From Bdellovibrio sp. (GTDB lineage Bacteria; Bdellovibrionota; Bdellovibrionia; Bdellovibrionales; Bdellovibrionaceae): a DNA stretch of 64,000 nt. Location: positions 128,001 to 192,000 of the forward strand of contig JAKFBS010000004.1 in assembly GCA_036677065.1 (NCBI GenBank), read 5' to 3'. The position numbers and the translations under genes are program-made. Position 1 is the stretch's first letter; every line of letters begins with the position of its first letter. Below are positions 40,302-50,112 of this stretch, one piece after another. The notes below the pieces were generated by a model, which was not told where the DNA came from, ran no database searches, and worked only from the letters and a program-made list of their open reading frames with translations.

Positions 40302-40718
40302 TTAATTTGTTGAGCTACTTACTAGGTCGCAATGCTCTAATCTGGCTTTAAGGCTAGCTGAGGGTTCGAATGGCGCAAAACAACGTAAGTTTTTGATCTG
40401 CAGTTGTTCTACGATTTGTTCTAAATCTTGGCTTTTGAATTCTTTGGGATCATGAATTAAAAATAGCCAGTCAGCATCGAAATGATTTTTACAACCAATC
40501 AATGTCCATGGTTTTTTAGTTTTTTCTACAGGATTGGGCCAACCGATTTCAGTCATTAAATGCGTAAGCTCGGTTGGTTTTGCGGTTTTTCTGTGGCGGT
40601 GAATTTCTGATAATAAAAATCCAGAATTAAAATTTAATTTCCGCCACCACGCAGAGTTAAGGTCCTCGTGAAGGACCCAAAGTTTACAAGCTGTCGCTGA
40701 AAGATTAGCTTCTTTCAT
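40302..40718 (-). CDS. Hypothetical protein
   Basis: 138-aa ORF overlapping the end of nusB. Confidence 0.6.
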   Translation of the reverse strand: MKEANLSATACKLWVLHEDLNSAWWRKLNFNSGFLLSEIHRHRKTAKPTELTHLMTEIGWPNPVEKTKKPWTLIGCKNHFDADWLFLIHDPKEFKSQDLEQIVEQLQIKNLRCFAPFEPSASLKARLEHCDLVSSSTN

Positions 40719-41106
40719 TTCTGATCACCTGATCAACGATACCATTCACAAACGAAGCCGCATCTTGGGTTCCGTAAGTTTTTGCGATTTCGATAGCCTC
40801 GTTCATCGCAATTTTTGGTTCAATTAAATCAGCAGTGTAAAAGATTTCGCAAACAGCAATACGAATAATATTACGGTCAACAGAAGCCATACGATCAACT
40901 TTCCAGTGGCGCGAAGCTTCTTGGATTTTTGCGTCGATTTTTTCTTTGTTGGCTTGAACGGCTTTTACGATGTCGTAAGTGTATTTAAGAACGGCTTCAT
41001 CAAAATTTTTATCGAAGACCGTAGCTAAATCAGAAAGAGACATCTGTGGGGCGAATTCAGTTTGGAATAGGATCTGGAGTGCGAGTTCCCTTGATTGTCT
41101 TCTCAT
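40705..41106 (-). CDS. nusB: Transcription antitermination factor NusB
   Basis: RRQSRELALQILFQ, W..DRM..VDRNI.R and NEAIEIAK.YG...FVNG. Confidence 0.95.
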   Translation of the reverse strand: MRRQSRELALQILFQTEFAPQMSLSDLATVFDKNFDEAVLKYTYDIVKAVQANKEKIDAKIQEASRHWKVDRMASVDRNIIRIAVCEIFYTADLIEPKIAMNEAIEIAKTYGTQDAASFVNGIVDQVIRNERS

Positions 41107-41632
41107 CAGTAGCTTCTTTCGGTTTTTGTGTAGGTTGTAATTGAGTTGTTAAACTTAATTGCGGACCGCTTGTATCAATCATATCTATGAGTTCATCGCC
41201 TTCAAGTTTTTCTACGAAATCCTGGACGTCTTTGAAGGTCTTGTAAACACTGGCGAATCTAACATAAGCCACGTCATCGAGTTGTTTTAATTCAGCCATC
41301 ACACGGCGACCAATCACGCGCGCAGAAATTTCGCCTTCACCGCGGGTAATTACCCACGAGGCGATTCTTTCAACAATGGCATCAAGTGATGCGGTTGAAA
41401 CAGGTCGTTTGTTGCAGGCGTAAGATAGACCACGCAATAATTTTTCTTTGTTGAAAGGCTCGCGGCGTCCATCTTTTTTGATCACAAACGGGTAGCTAAG
41501 GATGACGGTTTCTAAAGTTGAGTATCTAGATTTACACGATAAACATTCACGGCGACGGCGAATGCCATCGTCTTTCTGAACTCGTGTATCTAAAACTTTG
41601 TCTTCGGAATGTCCGCAAAAAGGGCATTTCAT
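41057..41632 (-). CDS. nrdR: Transcriptional repressor NrdR
   Basis: MKCPFCG, IRRRRECLSC, ATP cone VIKKDGRRE and DDVAYVRFASVY. Confidence 0.95.
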   Translation of the reverse strand: MKCPFCGHSEDKVLDTRVQKDDGIRRRRECLSCKSRYSTLETVILSYPFVIKKDGRREPFNKEKLLRGLSYACNKRPVSTASLDAIVERIASWVITRGEGEISARVIGRRVMAELKQLDDVAYVRFASVYKTFKDVQDFVEKLEGDELIDMIDTSGPQLSLTTQLQPTQKPKEATDEKTIKGTRTPDPIPN

Positions 41633-41771
41633 GGTAATAAGTCCTCAGCTGTTTGTAACCTAGGGGAGGCTTGTAGGCTGGTCAATAGGGCCGAAGAACT
41701 GGACCCAATTTCTGCAAGGCGTTACTGGTAAATAGTGGTCAAATTGTGAGCGTAAATTTATGCTCTAAGAT

Positions 41772-42431
41772 ATGAACAAACTTAACATAATACTTCTTAG
41801 TTTTAGCATCATGATTTCAGCAAGTTTTGTGCAGGCCGCAGGCGCGCCAGTCGTCGGTAGAAAAGCCGCCGCGAAATATTTTCAAGCTAAAGGCGATAAC
41901 AGTTACGAGGCCGCTTCGGTGCCGCGTTTTCCATCTACAATTGAATCGTTAGGATCTGAAGATCACTATATGGCTTTGGGGATTTCTTCGTACACAAGTT
42001 CAAAAGCTTACAAGTGGGGAACCAACAACGAAGAAGAAGTCGCTAAAACGGGTATTGATATGACCTATCGTTTGACTCAAGACTATGAACTTTTCGATGA
42101 AGTTATTCGTGTGAGTTACAACACTTACAAGCCAGCTGGGCAAAAAGCTTCGAAAATGAGTTTTCTGTACGGGATGACCTTTCCGGATGCGACCTCTAAA
42201 TTCCCTTTATATTTCGGTTTTGCCGTCGGCCCGGGAATTTTTTTCAATCAAATCGATGGTGAATCGACGGTTGCTTTGGATTATCAGATGTTTTTAGGGC
42301 TTCGCCTGTTTAATTTATTCGAGAGAACTGGTTTTTTTGTCGAAGGTGGTATAAAAAACCATCTGCATTTAACAAGTGATGGCCAGTTAAACGGAACTTA
42401 CGTTTCGGCCGGAGCTGTATTTACGTTCTAG
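41772..42431 (+). CDS. Putative small outer-membrane beta-barrel protein
   Basis: Signal peptide, amphipathic strands and a C-terminal AGAVFTF. Confidence 0.65.
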   Translation: MNKLNIILLSFSIMISASFVQAAGAPVVGRKAAAKYFQAKGDNSYEAASVPRFPSTIESLGSEDHYMALGISSYTSSKAYKWGTNNEEEVAKTGIDMTYRLTQDYELFDEVIRVSYNTYKPAGQKASKMSFLYGMTFPDATSKFPLYFGFAVGPGIFFNQIDGESTVALDYQMFLGLRLFNLFERTGFFVEGGIKNHLHLTSDGQLNGTYVSAGAVFTF

Positions 42432-42458
42432 TTCGCGGGGCTCCGCGAGGAGTTCCAC

Positions 42459-43652
42459 ATGAAATTACACTTTATCCTTTTAAAAAAAGTCGCAGAAGCA
42501 CTACACGATATTTTTGAAAATAAAAAATACGCTGATAAAGTCATCGAAAAATTATTCAAAAGTAATCGTAAATTAGGTTCACGCGACCGCAAATTTATCG
42601 CTGAAACAATTTATGAAATCGTTCGTTACCACAGATTTTACCAAACGATTGCCCAATCAAATGAATCATACAATTTATTAGGTGTTCACTTAGTTAAAAA
42701 CAATTTAGACACGCAAGAATTTCAAGATGAGTATCCCATCGACGTGGATCTGATTAAAGCCAATTTAAAAAAGAAATACCCCATCGCCGTCACAGAATCT
42801 TTTCCTGACTGGATGAACGAGATGGGTGAAAAAGAATTCGGTGCTGACGAATGGCATTTGATCATGAAAGCCTTAAACAAGCAGGCTGACGTATATCTTC
42901 GCACCAACACACTTCGTATTGAGCGCGACCAATTAATTAAAGAATTAGAAAAAGAAGAAATCTTCACTGAAAAAGTTCACGGTCTTCCGGACTGTTTACG
43001 TTTGATCGAAAGAAAAAATGTTTTTTCTACAACGGCTTTTAAAAACGGATATTTTGAAGTTCAGGATGCAGCTTCGCAGTTTATCGCTCCACTGTTGGAT
43101 TTAAAACCAGGGCTGCGTGTTGTAGATGCTTGCGCTGGTGCCGGTGGTAAATCACTGCATATGGCCTCTTTGATGAAAAACAAAGGCAAAATTATTGCCA
43201 TGGATATTCACGAGTGGAAGCTGGGTGAATTAAAAAAACGTGCCGCACGAAATCGTGTTGATATCATCGAGACAAAAGTCATTGATACAAGCAAAACTAT
43301 TAAGCGTTTGGAAGGCTCTTTTGACAGAGTTTTGTTGGACGTTCCTTGTACAGGTTGGGGTGTAATCCGCCGTAATCCAGACACGAAGTGGAAGCTTAGC
43401 CCGGAGCAGATCGATAGTTTGATCAGCTTGCAGCGCGAAATCATCACAGATTACGCAAAAATGTGTAAGGCTGGTGGGTTAATGGTTTATGCGACCTGCA
43501 GTATTTTAAACAAAGAAAACGAAGAGCAAGTAAAATGGTTTTTAGAGTCTCCAGAGGGGCAAAAATGGAACTTCAAAAAAGATATTCGTTTATGGCCACA
43601 CAAAGATAACTTTGATGGCTTCTATGCAGCTCTTTTAGAGAAGAAAACTTAA
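42459..43652 (+). CDS. RsmB/NOP family RNA m5C methyltransferase
   Basis: EVQDAASQ, DACAGAGGK, DVPCTG.G..RRNPD and YATCS...ENE. Confidence 0.92.
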   Translation: MKLHFILLKKVAEALHDIFENKKYADKVIEKLFKSNRKLGSRDRKFIAETIYEIVRYHRFYQTIAQSNESYNLLGVHLVKNNLDTQEFQDEYPIDVDLIKANLKKKYPIAVTESFPDWMNEMGEKEFGADEWHLIMKALNKQADVYLRTNTLRIERDQLIKELEKEEIFTEKVHGLPDCLRLIERKNVFSTTAFKNGYFEVQDAASQFIAPLLDLKPGLRVVDACAGAGGKSLHMASLMKNKGKIIAMDIHEWKLGELKKRAARNRVDIIETKVIDTSKTIKRLEGSFDRVLLDVPCTGWGVIRRNPDTKWKLSPEQIDSLISLQREIITDYAKMCKAGGLMVYATCSILNKENEEQVKWFLESPEGQKWNFKKDIRLWPHKDNFDGFYAALLEKKT

Positions 43653-43743
43653 GTTTCTCTACGCGTTACTATTGCATAAATTCTTTCAAAACTAGTGCTA
43701 ATGTTCTAACCTTATCCTTTACTCAAAAAAAGGCAGGGTTAAC

Positions 43744-45195
43744 GTGGTATCAGCCAATAATCTTATCGCAGGAAAATGGACCGAAGGTACGCTACAAGTG
43801 CATGCCATTCATTCTCCTTACGATGGAAAACAAATCGGAAATTTTTCTGTTCCGACAAAAGAACAAATCAATACAGCAATCAATGCAGCAGCCGACGCTC
43901 AAAAAGCGTGGGGTCAATTGCCGATCAAAGAACGCAGCAAGGTATTATTTAACTTTCGTAATATCTTACTTCGCGACATTGATAAAATCGCCCTGTTAAA
44001 AGGGTCTGAGTGTGGCAAAACTTTTGCTGAAGCCAAAGCTGGATTAATGAAAGGCGTAGAAGTTTTAGAATACGCGCTTTCAATTCAAAATTTAGACACC
44101 GGCGGAAAAGCCGAAGTGTCGCGCGGCGTATCGTGTGAATTTCGCCGTGAAGCTTTAGGGGTTGTTGCGAACATTACTCCATTTAATTTTCCGGCAATGG
44201 TTCCGATGTGGACTATTCCTATCGCGATTGCTTTAGGAAATTCTTATGTGTGGAAACCTTCTGAGAAAACTCCGTTAACATCTTTTTTTATTGCTGAAGC
44301 ACTAAAAGAAGCGGGTTTGCCAGATGGCGTGTTCACAGTCCTTCAAGGTGGGCACGAAACTGTTAATGCAATTATTGATCATCCAGCGGTTAAAGCGATT
44401 GGCTTTGTTGGATCTACAAAAGTAGCTAAGCTTGTTTATCAACGTGGTACGAACTTAGGAAAACGCGTTCTGTCTTTAGGCGGCGCAAAAAATCATATCG
44501 TCTTATTACCGGATGCAAATCTTGAACTAAGTGGCGTGGGAATTTCTGATTCTTTCACAGGCTGTGCCGGCCAACGTTGTATGGCAGCTTCGGTATTATT
44601 AGCAGTAGGTGATACTTCTGGTCACATCGATCAAATCGTAAAACGTGCATCTTCGATGGAGCTTGGCAAACAAATGGGTGCCATCATTACAAAAGAACAA
44701 GTTCAGTTTTTAACTAAATCAATCGAGGCCGCTTCAATCGCTGGAGCAAAAATTATTCTTGATGGCCGCAAAGCCAAAGCTCCTCCGGGTATGGAAGGTG
44801 GCAACTGGATTGGGCCAACGATTTTGGATAATGTTCAAGCCAATTCAGAAGCTTCAAAATTAGAATTATTCGGACCAATTCTTTCAATCATTCGCTGTAA
44901 AGATATTTCACAAGCAATGGCGATTGCTAATAGCAGTGAATATGGAAACGCTTGTAGCGTGTTTACTTCAAACGGTGCTCTTGCAGAACGTGTAGCTAAA
45001 GAAGCGCACGCTGGTATGGTCGGAGTAAATGTTGGAGTTCCTGTTCCGCGTGAGCCGTTCTCGTTCGGTGGAACAATGGAATCAAAATTTGGTCACGGTG
45101 ATATCACTGGCGAACAAAGTTTGAACTTCTGGTCGAATTATAAAAAAATCACTACTAAATGGGAAATGCAAAGCGACTCTAACTGGATGTCGTAA
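43744..45195 (+). CDS. mmsA: CoA-acylating (methyl)malonate-semialdehyde dehydrogenase
   Basis: ITPFNFPAMVPMW, FVGST, GGAKNH, GCAGQRCMA and AGMVGVNVGVPVP. Confidence 0.88.
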   Translation: MVSANNLIAGKWTEGTLQVHAIHSPYDGKQIGNFSVPTKEQINTAINAAADAQKAWGQLPIKERSKVLFNFRNILLRDIDKIALLKGSECGKTFAEAKAGLMKGVEVLEYALSIQNLDTGGKAEVSRGVSCEFRREALGVVANITPFNFPAMVPMWTIPIAIALGNSYVWKPSEKTPLTSFFIAEALKEAGLPDGVFTVLQGGHETVNAIIDHPAVKAIGFVGSTKVAKLVYQRGTNLGKRVLSLGGAKNHIVLLPDANLELSGVGISDSFTGCAGQRCMAASVLLAVGDTSGHIDQIVKRASSMELGKQMGAIITKEQVQFLTKSIEAASIAGAKIILDGRKAKAPPGMEGGNWIGPTILDNVQANSEASKLELFGPILSIIRCKDISQAMAIANSSEYGNACSVFTSNGALAERVAKEAHAGMVGVNVGVPVPREPFSFGGTMESKFGHGDITGEQSLNFWSNYKKITTKWEMQSDSNWMS

Positions 45196-45207
45196 GGAAT
45201 TGAAAAT

Positions 45208-46467
45208 ATGAATATACCTAATACAAAAAGATCGAATCATATTATTTTAGCTTCACACACGAATTTAAAATATAAAGAAACTCTTCCAGTGAACTGGGGC
45301 GAAAAAACAGCTAAAGAACGTGGCCCAATCGTTGCTTCTGTATCGAGTGCAAGAGCGCGTAATGCCATCGGTTCGCATAGCGGAAGTTACACGGTTTATC
45401 GTGCGCTTTCAGTTGCGAGCGGAAAGTTTTCGCAAGATCACAGACCTGATCTTCATAACACGGAAGCTCCAACTCCGATTGGTCCGTATCCGCAATGGAT
45501 TGACGGGCAAAAAATCGTGACGCTAGATCCTTGGGGTTTAGATCCGATGAAACATTTTAAAGAATACTTTGATCAAGGTTATGATATCAGACCTTCGATT
45601 GCGATGACTCAGGCGCATTTACAATTACCTGAAATAGCTGAAGCTATTAAAGCGGGTCGCTTAAAACCAGATGGTGTTATCATTAAAGAAAATGGCGATG
45701 TGAAAGTTACGAAAGTGGCTTTAGATCCAGTTTGGTATTTACCAGGTATTGCCCAGCGCTTAAATGTTTCTGAAGGTGAATTACGTCGTATTTTATTTCA
45801 GGAAACTGGTGGTATGTATCCAGAATTTATCACTCGCCGTGATTTAAAAGTTTGGTTACCACCCATCGGAAGTTCTACGGCGTACATTTTTGGTGATGCG
45901 ACTCAATTGGCAAATCCAAAAGTTGAATTAACTTGCCGTGTGCATGATGAATGTAATGGTTCAGATGTGTTTGGTTCTGATATTTGTACTTGTCGTCCGT
46001 ATTTAATGTACGGGATTGAAGATGCAGCTCGTACCGCTCAACGTGGTGGCGTGGGTATCATCGTGTACTACCGTAAAGAAGGCCGAGCACTAGGTGAAGT
46101 GACTAAGTTCTTAGTCTACAATGCTCGTAAACGCCAAGAGGGCGGAGACACTGCAGCGACTTACTTTAAACGTACCGAGTGTGTTGCGGGTGTTGAAGAT
46201 GCGCGTTTTCAGGAGTTCATGCCTGATGCATTACACTTTTTCGGGATCACTAAAATCCATAACTTACATTCAATGAGTAATATGAAATATGATTCGATCG
46301 TGAAAAGCGGTATCGAAGTTGTAAATCGTATTTCGATTCCAGAGGGTTTGATTCCGGGTGATGCACAAGTTGAGATGGAAGCTAAAAAAGCTGCGGGCTA
46401 TTTTGCTCCAGAAGGTGCTAAAGATGTTGAAGGTCTTAAAAAAGTAAAAGGACGTAACATTGAGTAA
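45208..46467 (+). CDS. URC1/urg1-like GTP cyclohydrolase II family protein
   Basis: N-terminal RGP....RNAIG.HSGSY..YRAL extension; CRVHDECNGSDVFGSDICTCRPYL and RKEGRALGEVTKFLVYNARK. Confidence 0.88.
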   Translation: MNIPNTKRSNHIILASHTNLKYKETLPVNWGEKTAKERGPIVASVSSARARNAIGSHSGSYTVYRALSVASGKFSQDHRPDLHNTEAPTPIGPYPQWIDGQKIVTLDPWGLDPMKHFKEYFDQGYDIRPSIAMTQAHLQLPEIAEAIKAGRLKPDGVIIKENGDVKVTKVALDPVWYLPGIAQRLNVSEGELRRILFQETGGMYPEFITRRDLKVWLPPIGSSTAYIFGDATQLANPKVELTCRVHDECNGSDVFGSDICTCRPYLMYGIEDAARTAQRGGVGIIVYYRKEGRALGEVTKFLVYNARKRQEGGDTAATYFKRTECVAGVEDARFQEFMPDALHFFGITKIHNLHSMSNMKYDSIVKSGIEVVNRISIPEGLIPGDAQVEMEAKKAAGYFAPEGAKDVEGLKKVKGRNIE

Positions 46468-47671
46468 GCAAGTCACACTATCAAATGAACAGATAGATTA
46501 TATTTTATCTCCGAAGGCTATTCGTGATAATGCTAAAAAAGTTTTCGATTACACCGTAGAAGGTAACGGCTATTTTGCATTTAACGCTGATAAAATGAAA
46601 CCCACGGTGGATTACGTTTTAACGGTCATTCGTAAAAATTATCCAGATTTAAATATTCCATTTCATTCTCGTTGGGGTCACTTTCGCGTCGGCGGAACTG
46701 ACCGCGCCAAACAATTTGAGACTGTGACAGATAAAGTGACTGATAAAATGGAATTGGCACGCACGAAATTAGATTTAGTGATCACTTCGGTGTTATTAGA
46801 TGCTGGTGCGGGTGCTGCGTGGAAATATTTTGAAGAATCTTCGGGTAAATCTTTTAACCGCTCTGAAGGGTTAGGGGTAGCTTCTCTATACATGTTTAAA
46901 TCAGGTGTGATGGCTTCTGATAAAAAATCATGGAAAGCAGATGCTCAAGGTCTTCAATCGGTAACAGCAAGTGATCTTGAAAAACATTTTCAAGTGACTG
47001 CGGATAATCCATTAGTTGGAGTTCAAGGCCGTGTGCAATTATTAAATAACCTAGGCAAAGCTTGTGCGCGTAATCCGGTTTTCAAAAAAGACCACCGTCC
47101 AGGTAATATTATTGATCACTTAGCAGAAAAGTATGGCAATAAAATTCCTGCAACCGCGGTTCTTCGCGCAGTGCTTGATGGTCTTGGTGAAATCTGGCCA
47201 GGCCGTATTTCTGCAGGTGATGTAAACTTAGGTGATGTTTGGCAACATTCAAAATTAGATTTAGTGCCGATTCATAAATTATCGCAGTGGATGACGTATT
47301 CACTGTTAGAACCAATTATGGATGCAGGTTTTGAAGTTTCGGGCGTTGAAGGTTTAACAGGCCTTGCTGAATACCGTAACGGCGGTCTATTTATCGATTC
47401 AGGTTTGTTAACTATGAAAGATCAAGCCAACCTTGCTAAAGCTTGGACACCGGATTCTGATTTAATTATCGAATGGCGTTCGTTGACGGTTTATCTTTTA
47501 GACCAAGTCGGTGATGCGATTCAAAAATCTTTAAATAAATCTCCGCAGGATTTTCCGTTAGCTAAAATTTTAGAAGGCGGAACTTGGTGGGCAGGCAGAT
47601 TTTTAGCTCAAGAAAAACGTGAGGGTGGTAATCCACCGTTAAACATCCAAAGTGATGGAACAGTGTTTTAA
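46460..47671 (+). CDS. URC4/urg3 (DUF1688) family protein
   Basis: IPFHSRW.HF, SVLLDAGAG..W, RSEGL, HKLSQWMTYSL, TGLAEYRNGGL and SDGTVF. Confidence 0.88.
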   Translation: MSKQVTLSNEQIDYILSPKAIRDNAKKVFDYTVEGNGYFAFNADKMKPTVDYVLTVIRKNYPDLNIPFHSRWGHFRVGGTDRAKQFETVTDKVTDKMELARTKLDLVITSVLLDAGAGAAWKYFEESSGKSFNRSEGLGVASLYMFKSGVMASDKKSWKADAQGLQSVTASDLEKHFQVTADNPLVGVQGRVQLLNNLGKACARNPVFKKDHRPGNIIDHLAEKYGNKIPATAVLRAVLDGLGEIWPGRISAGDVNLGDVWQHSKLDLVPIHKLSQWMTYSLLEPIMDAGFEVSGVEGLTGLAEYRNGGLFIDSGLLTMKDQANLAKAWTPDSDLIIEWRSLTVYLLDQVGDAIQKSLNKSPQDFPLAKILEGGTWWAGRFLAQEKREGGNPPLNIQSDGTVF

Positions 47672-47676
47672 GGATT

Positions 47677-48321
47677 ATGGGAATATATATGGAAAATAAA
47701 GTTACAGTATTAAATCATCCGCTTTTAATTCACAAATTAGGTTATCTTCGCGATAAAGAAACTGGCTCGGGCGAATTTCGCGAATTAACAAAAGAAATCA
47801 GCCGCATCTTAGCTTTTGAAGTTATGCGCGACTGGACTGACATGAAGCTGGTGGATATCGAAACACCAATCGCTAAAGCGCAAGTTCAACGTATTCATAA
47901 CACGCCGGTGGTTGTATCAATCATGCGTGCCGGTAACGGAATGTTAGATGCAGTTCTTTCGATGATTCCGTTTGCGTCAGCTGGATTTATCGGAATTTAC
48001 CGCGATCGTTTCGTGAATAACACGGTTGAGTATTATTTTAAAATGCCAGCAGATATTAAAGGTAAACTTGCGATTCTTTGTGATCCTTTAGTAGCCACTG
48101 CAGACACAATGATTGCAGCGATTGAGCGTTTGAAATCATACGAAGTAAAACAAATTCGTATTCTTTCGATCTTAATCAGTGAACTAGCGATTCAAAGAAT
48201 TCACTCTCTTCATCCAGATGTAGAAATCATGACTTTAAATATCGAAAAAGAAGTTAACGAACATGGTTATTTAGTACCTGGATTAGGAGATGCTGGTGAC
48301 AGGCTTTTTCAAACGAAATAA
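47677..48321 (+). CDS. upp: Uracil phosphoribosyltransferase
   Basis: HPLL.HKL..LRD, IMRAG.GM, DPLVAT and GYLVPGLGDAGDRLF. Confidence 0.93.
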   Translation: MGIYMENKVTVLNHPLLIHKLGYLRDKETGSGEFRELTKEISRILAFEVMRDWTDMKLVDIETPIAKAQVQRIHNTPVVVSIMRAGNGMLDAVLSMIPFASAGFIGIYRDRFVNNTVEYYFKMPADIKGKLAILCDPLVATADTMIAAIERLKSYEVKQIRILSILISELAIQRIHSLHPDVEIMTLNIEKEVNEHGYLVPGLGDAGDRLFQTK

Positions 48322-48934
48322 TCCAATTATTGTCGGAGTCGCTGGCGGAAGTGGTTCTGGAAAGACCTATTTCGCCAAAGACCTGATGCAGAGGTTAGGA
48401 TCTGATCTTGCTGAAATTGTTTATCAAGACAATTTCTACATCGATCAATCGCATAGATTTGACGGTGATGGTGGCTCAGTTAATTTTGATCATCCCGACA
48501 GTATTGATTTTTCGTTATTGGCCCAATGCCTTGGCCAGTTAAAATCTGGCAAAGACACGGATATTCCGATTTACGATTTTAAAACACATACACGTGCTTC
48601 AAATAAATTAAAAATTCAAGCTAAGCCAATTATTGTTGTTGATGGAATTTTAATTTTTCATCCACCAGAAGTGCGGGCGCAGTTTGATTATCTAGTTTTC
48701 TTTGATACTTCTGAAGATTTACGTTTTGAGCGTCGCTTACAGCGCGATGTTAAAGAGCGCGGACGTACTCCGGAAGGAGTTAAGGCCCAGTTTCAAAGAC
48801 AAGTAAAGCCAATGCATGATTTATTTGTTGAGCCTTCGAAACATCACGCTAACGTGGTTGTTAGCGATGATTGTAATTACAATGAAATTCTTGTGAATTG
48901 CTGTAACAGTTTACAAAGTCTTAAGCCAAGCTAA
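48296..48934 (+). CDS. udk: Uridine kinase
   Basis: GVAGGSGSGKT, QDNFY, NFDHP and RRLQRDVKERGR. GTG at 48296 has AGGAG 6 nt upstream. Confidence 0.92.
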   Translation: MTGFFKRNNPIIVGVAGGSGSGKTYFAKDLMQRLGSDLAEIVYQDNFYIDQSHRFDGDGGSVNFDHPDSIDFSLLAQCLGQLKSGKDTDIPIYDFKTHTRASNKLKIQAKPIIVVDGILIFHPPEVRAQFDYLVFFDTSEDLRFERRLQRDVKERGRTPEGVKAQFQRQVKPMHDLFVEPSKHHANVVVSDDCNYNEILVNCCNSLQSLKPS

Positions 48935-49477
48935 AACTTCATCGGCATTTTTATCTGGTGGAAACACCGGATAGAAAACTTTTTTGATCTTACCATCTTC
49001 AATATACCAAGCCATACGTTTAATTAAACGCTCACCCGCGAATGTGAATGTTGGTAATTTCATCGCATCAGTTAGCTTGTAATCTTCATCACTTAAAATT
49101 GGAAATGGAATGTGATTTCTTGCGACGAATTCTTTTTGTACAGCAGGGGATTGCATACTTAGGCCGTAAATATGGACGCCTAAGTTTTTGAACTCCTGAT
49201 GTAAATCGCGAAAGCTGCAAGACTGCGGCGTGCAGCCACGGGCACCGGGAATTGAATCCCAAAGCTCTGGATCAGTGTTGGGTTCTAACGGGCTGCCAGC
49301 ACGTGGATAGATAAATAAAACTGTGGGCTTACGAAAAATTTCAATAAGCGCCACCTTTTCACCAGTTGTCGCAGCTAAGCTGATATTCGGAATAGCGTGA
49401 CCACTTAAATGGTTCGCCATTCCGTCATCAACGGGCTTTGGTAAATTTGCCGGTAAATCGTTTAGATTTTGGCGCAT
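48911..49477 (-). CDS. Peroxiredoxin, BCP/redoxin-like
   Basis: IPGARGCTPQSCSFRD and VFYPVFPP. Confidence 0.88.
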   Translation of the reverse strand: MRQNLNDLPANLPKPVDDGMANHLSGHAIPNISLAATTGEKVALIEIFRKPTVLFIYPRAGSPLEPNTDPELWDSIPGARGCTPQSCSFRDLHQEFKNLGVHIYGLSMQSPAVQKEFVARNHIPFPILSDEDYKLTDAMKLPTFTFAGERLIKRMAWYIEDGKIKKVFYPVFPPDKNADEVLAWLKTL

Positions 49478-49504
49478 TAGGCTGATTCCGTTGTTAAGCT
49501 TCGC

Positions 49505-50002
49505 TTAAACTAAAGATTTTAAAGCAGCTTCGTAGTTTGGTTCATCTACGATATCGGTTACAAGTTCAGTGTGAAGAACTTTATCGTCTTCAGATAAAAC
49601 CACAACCGCGCGCGCGTATAAACCAGATAAAACTGTGTCTTGTAATGTTAAACCCCAGTCAGCACCGAATGTGCTTTTAAAACCAGATAAGCTTTCGCAA
49701 TTTTTAATGCCTTCAGCACCGCAAAAACGCGCTTGAGCAAAAGGTAAATCTAAAGAAACGTTTAACACCACAGTGTTATTCATGTCTGAAGCTAATTTGT
49801 TAAATTGGCGTACCGAAGCAGCGCAGGTGCCAGTATCGATTGAAGGAAAAATATTTAAAACTTTTCTTTTGCCAGCGTAAGAAGTGTTTGAAGCTTCAGA
49901 TAAATCGCTTTTAATAAGCTTAGAGAAAGTTACTTTTTGGCCAACTGTTGGAAGTGAACCGATCGTGTTTGCAGGTGTGCCTTTGAATTTTAAAGTAGCC
50001 AT
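49505..50002 (-). CDS. tpx: Thiol peroxidase
   Basis: FPSIDTGTCA.SVR.FN, SLDLPFAQARFCGAEG and EPNY. Confidence 0.95.
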   Translation of the reverse strand: MATLKFKGTPANTIGSLPTVGQKVTFSKLIKSDLSEASNTSYAGKRKVLNIFPSIDTGTCAASVRQFNKLASDMNNTVVLNVSLDLPFAQARFCGAEGIKNCESLSGFKSTFGADWGLTLQDTVLSGLYARAVVVLSEDDKVLHTELVTDIVDEPNYEAALKSLV

Positions 50003-50112
50003 GAAATCTCCTCTTTTTAGTGTGAGTTCTCATAGTGGAGTAATGCGGGGAGAGGCGCTACTGTTAACGCATTGAAATATTTGTGTTATAAAATTCAGAC
50101 AAATGACACGAA

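Noticed and set aside
45208..46467. Calling this gene ribA
   Set aside because: The long N-terminal extension, the HDECNGSDVFGSDICTC variant and linkage to URC4/upp indicate URC1.
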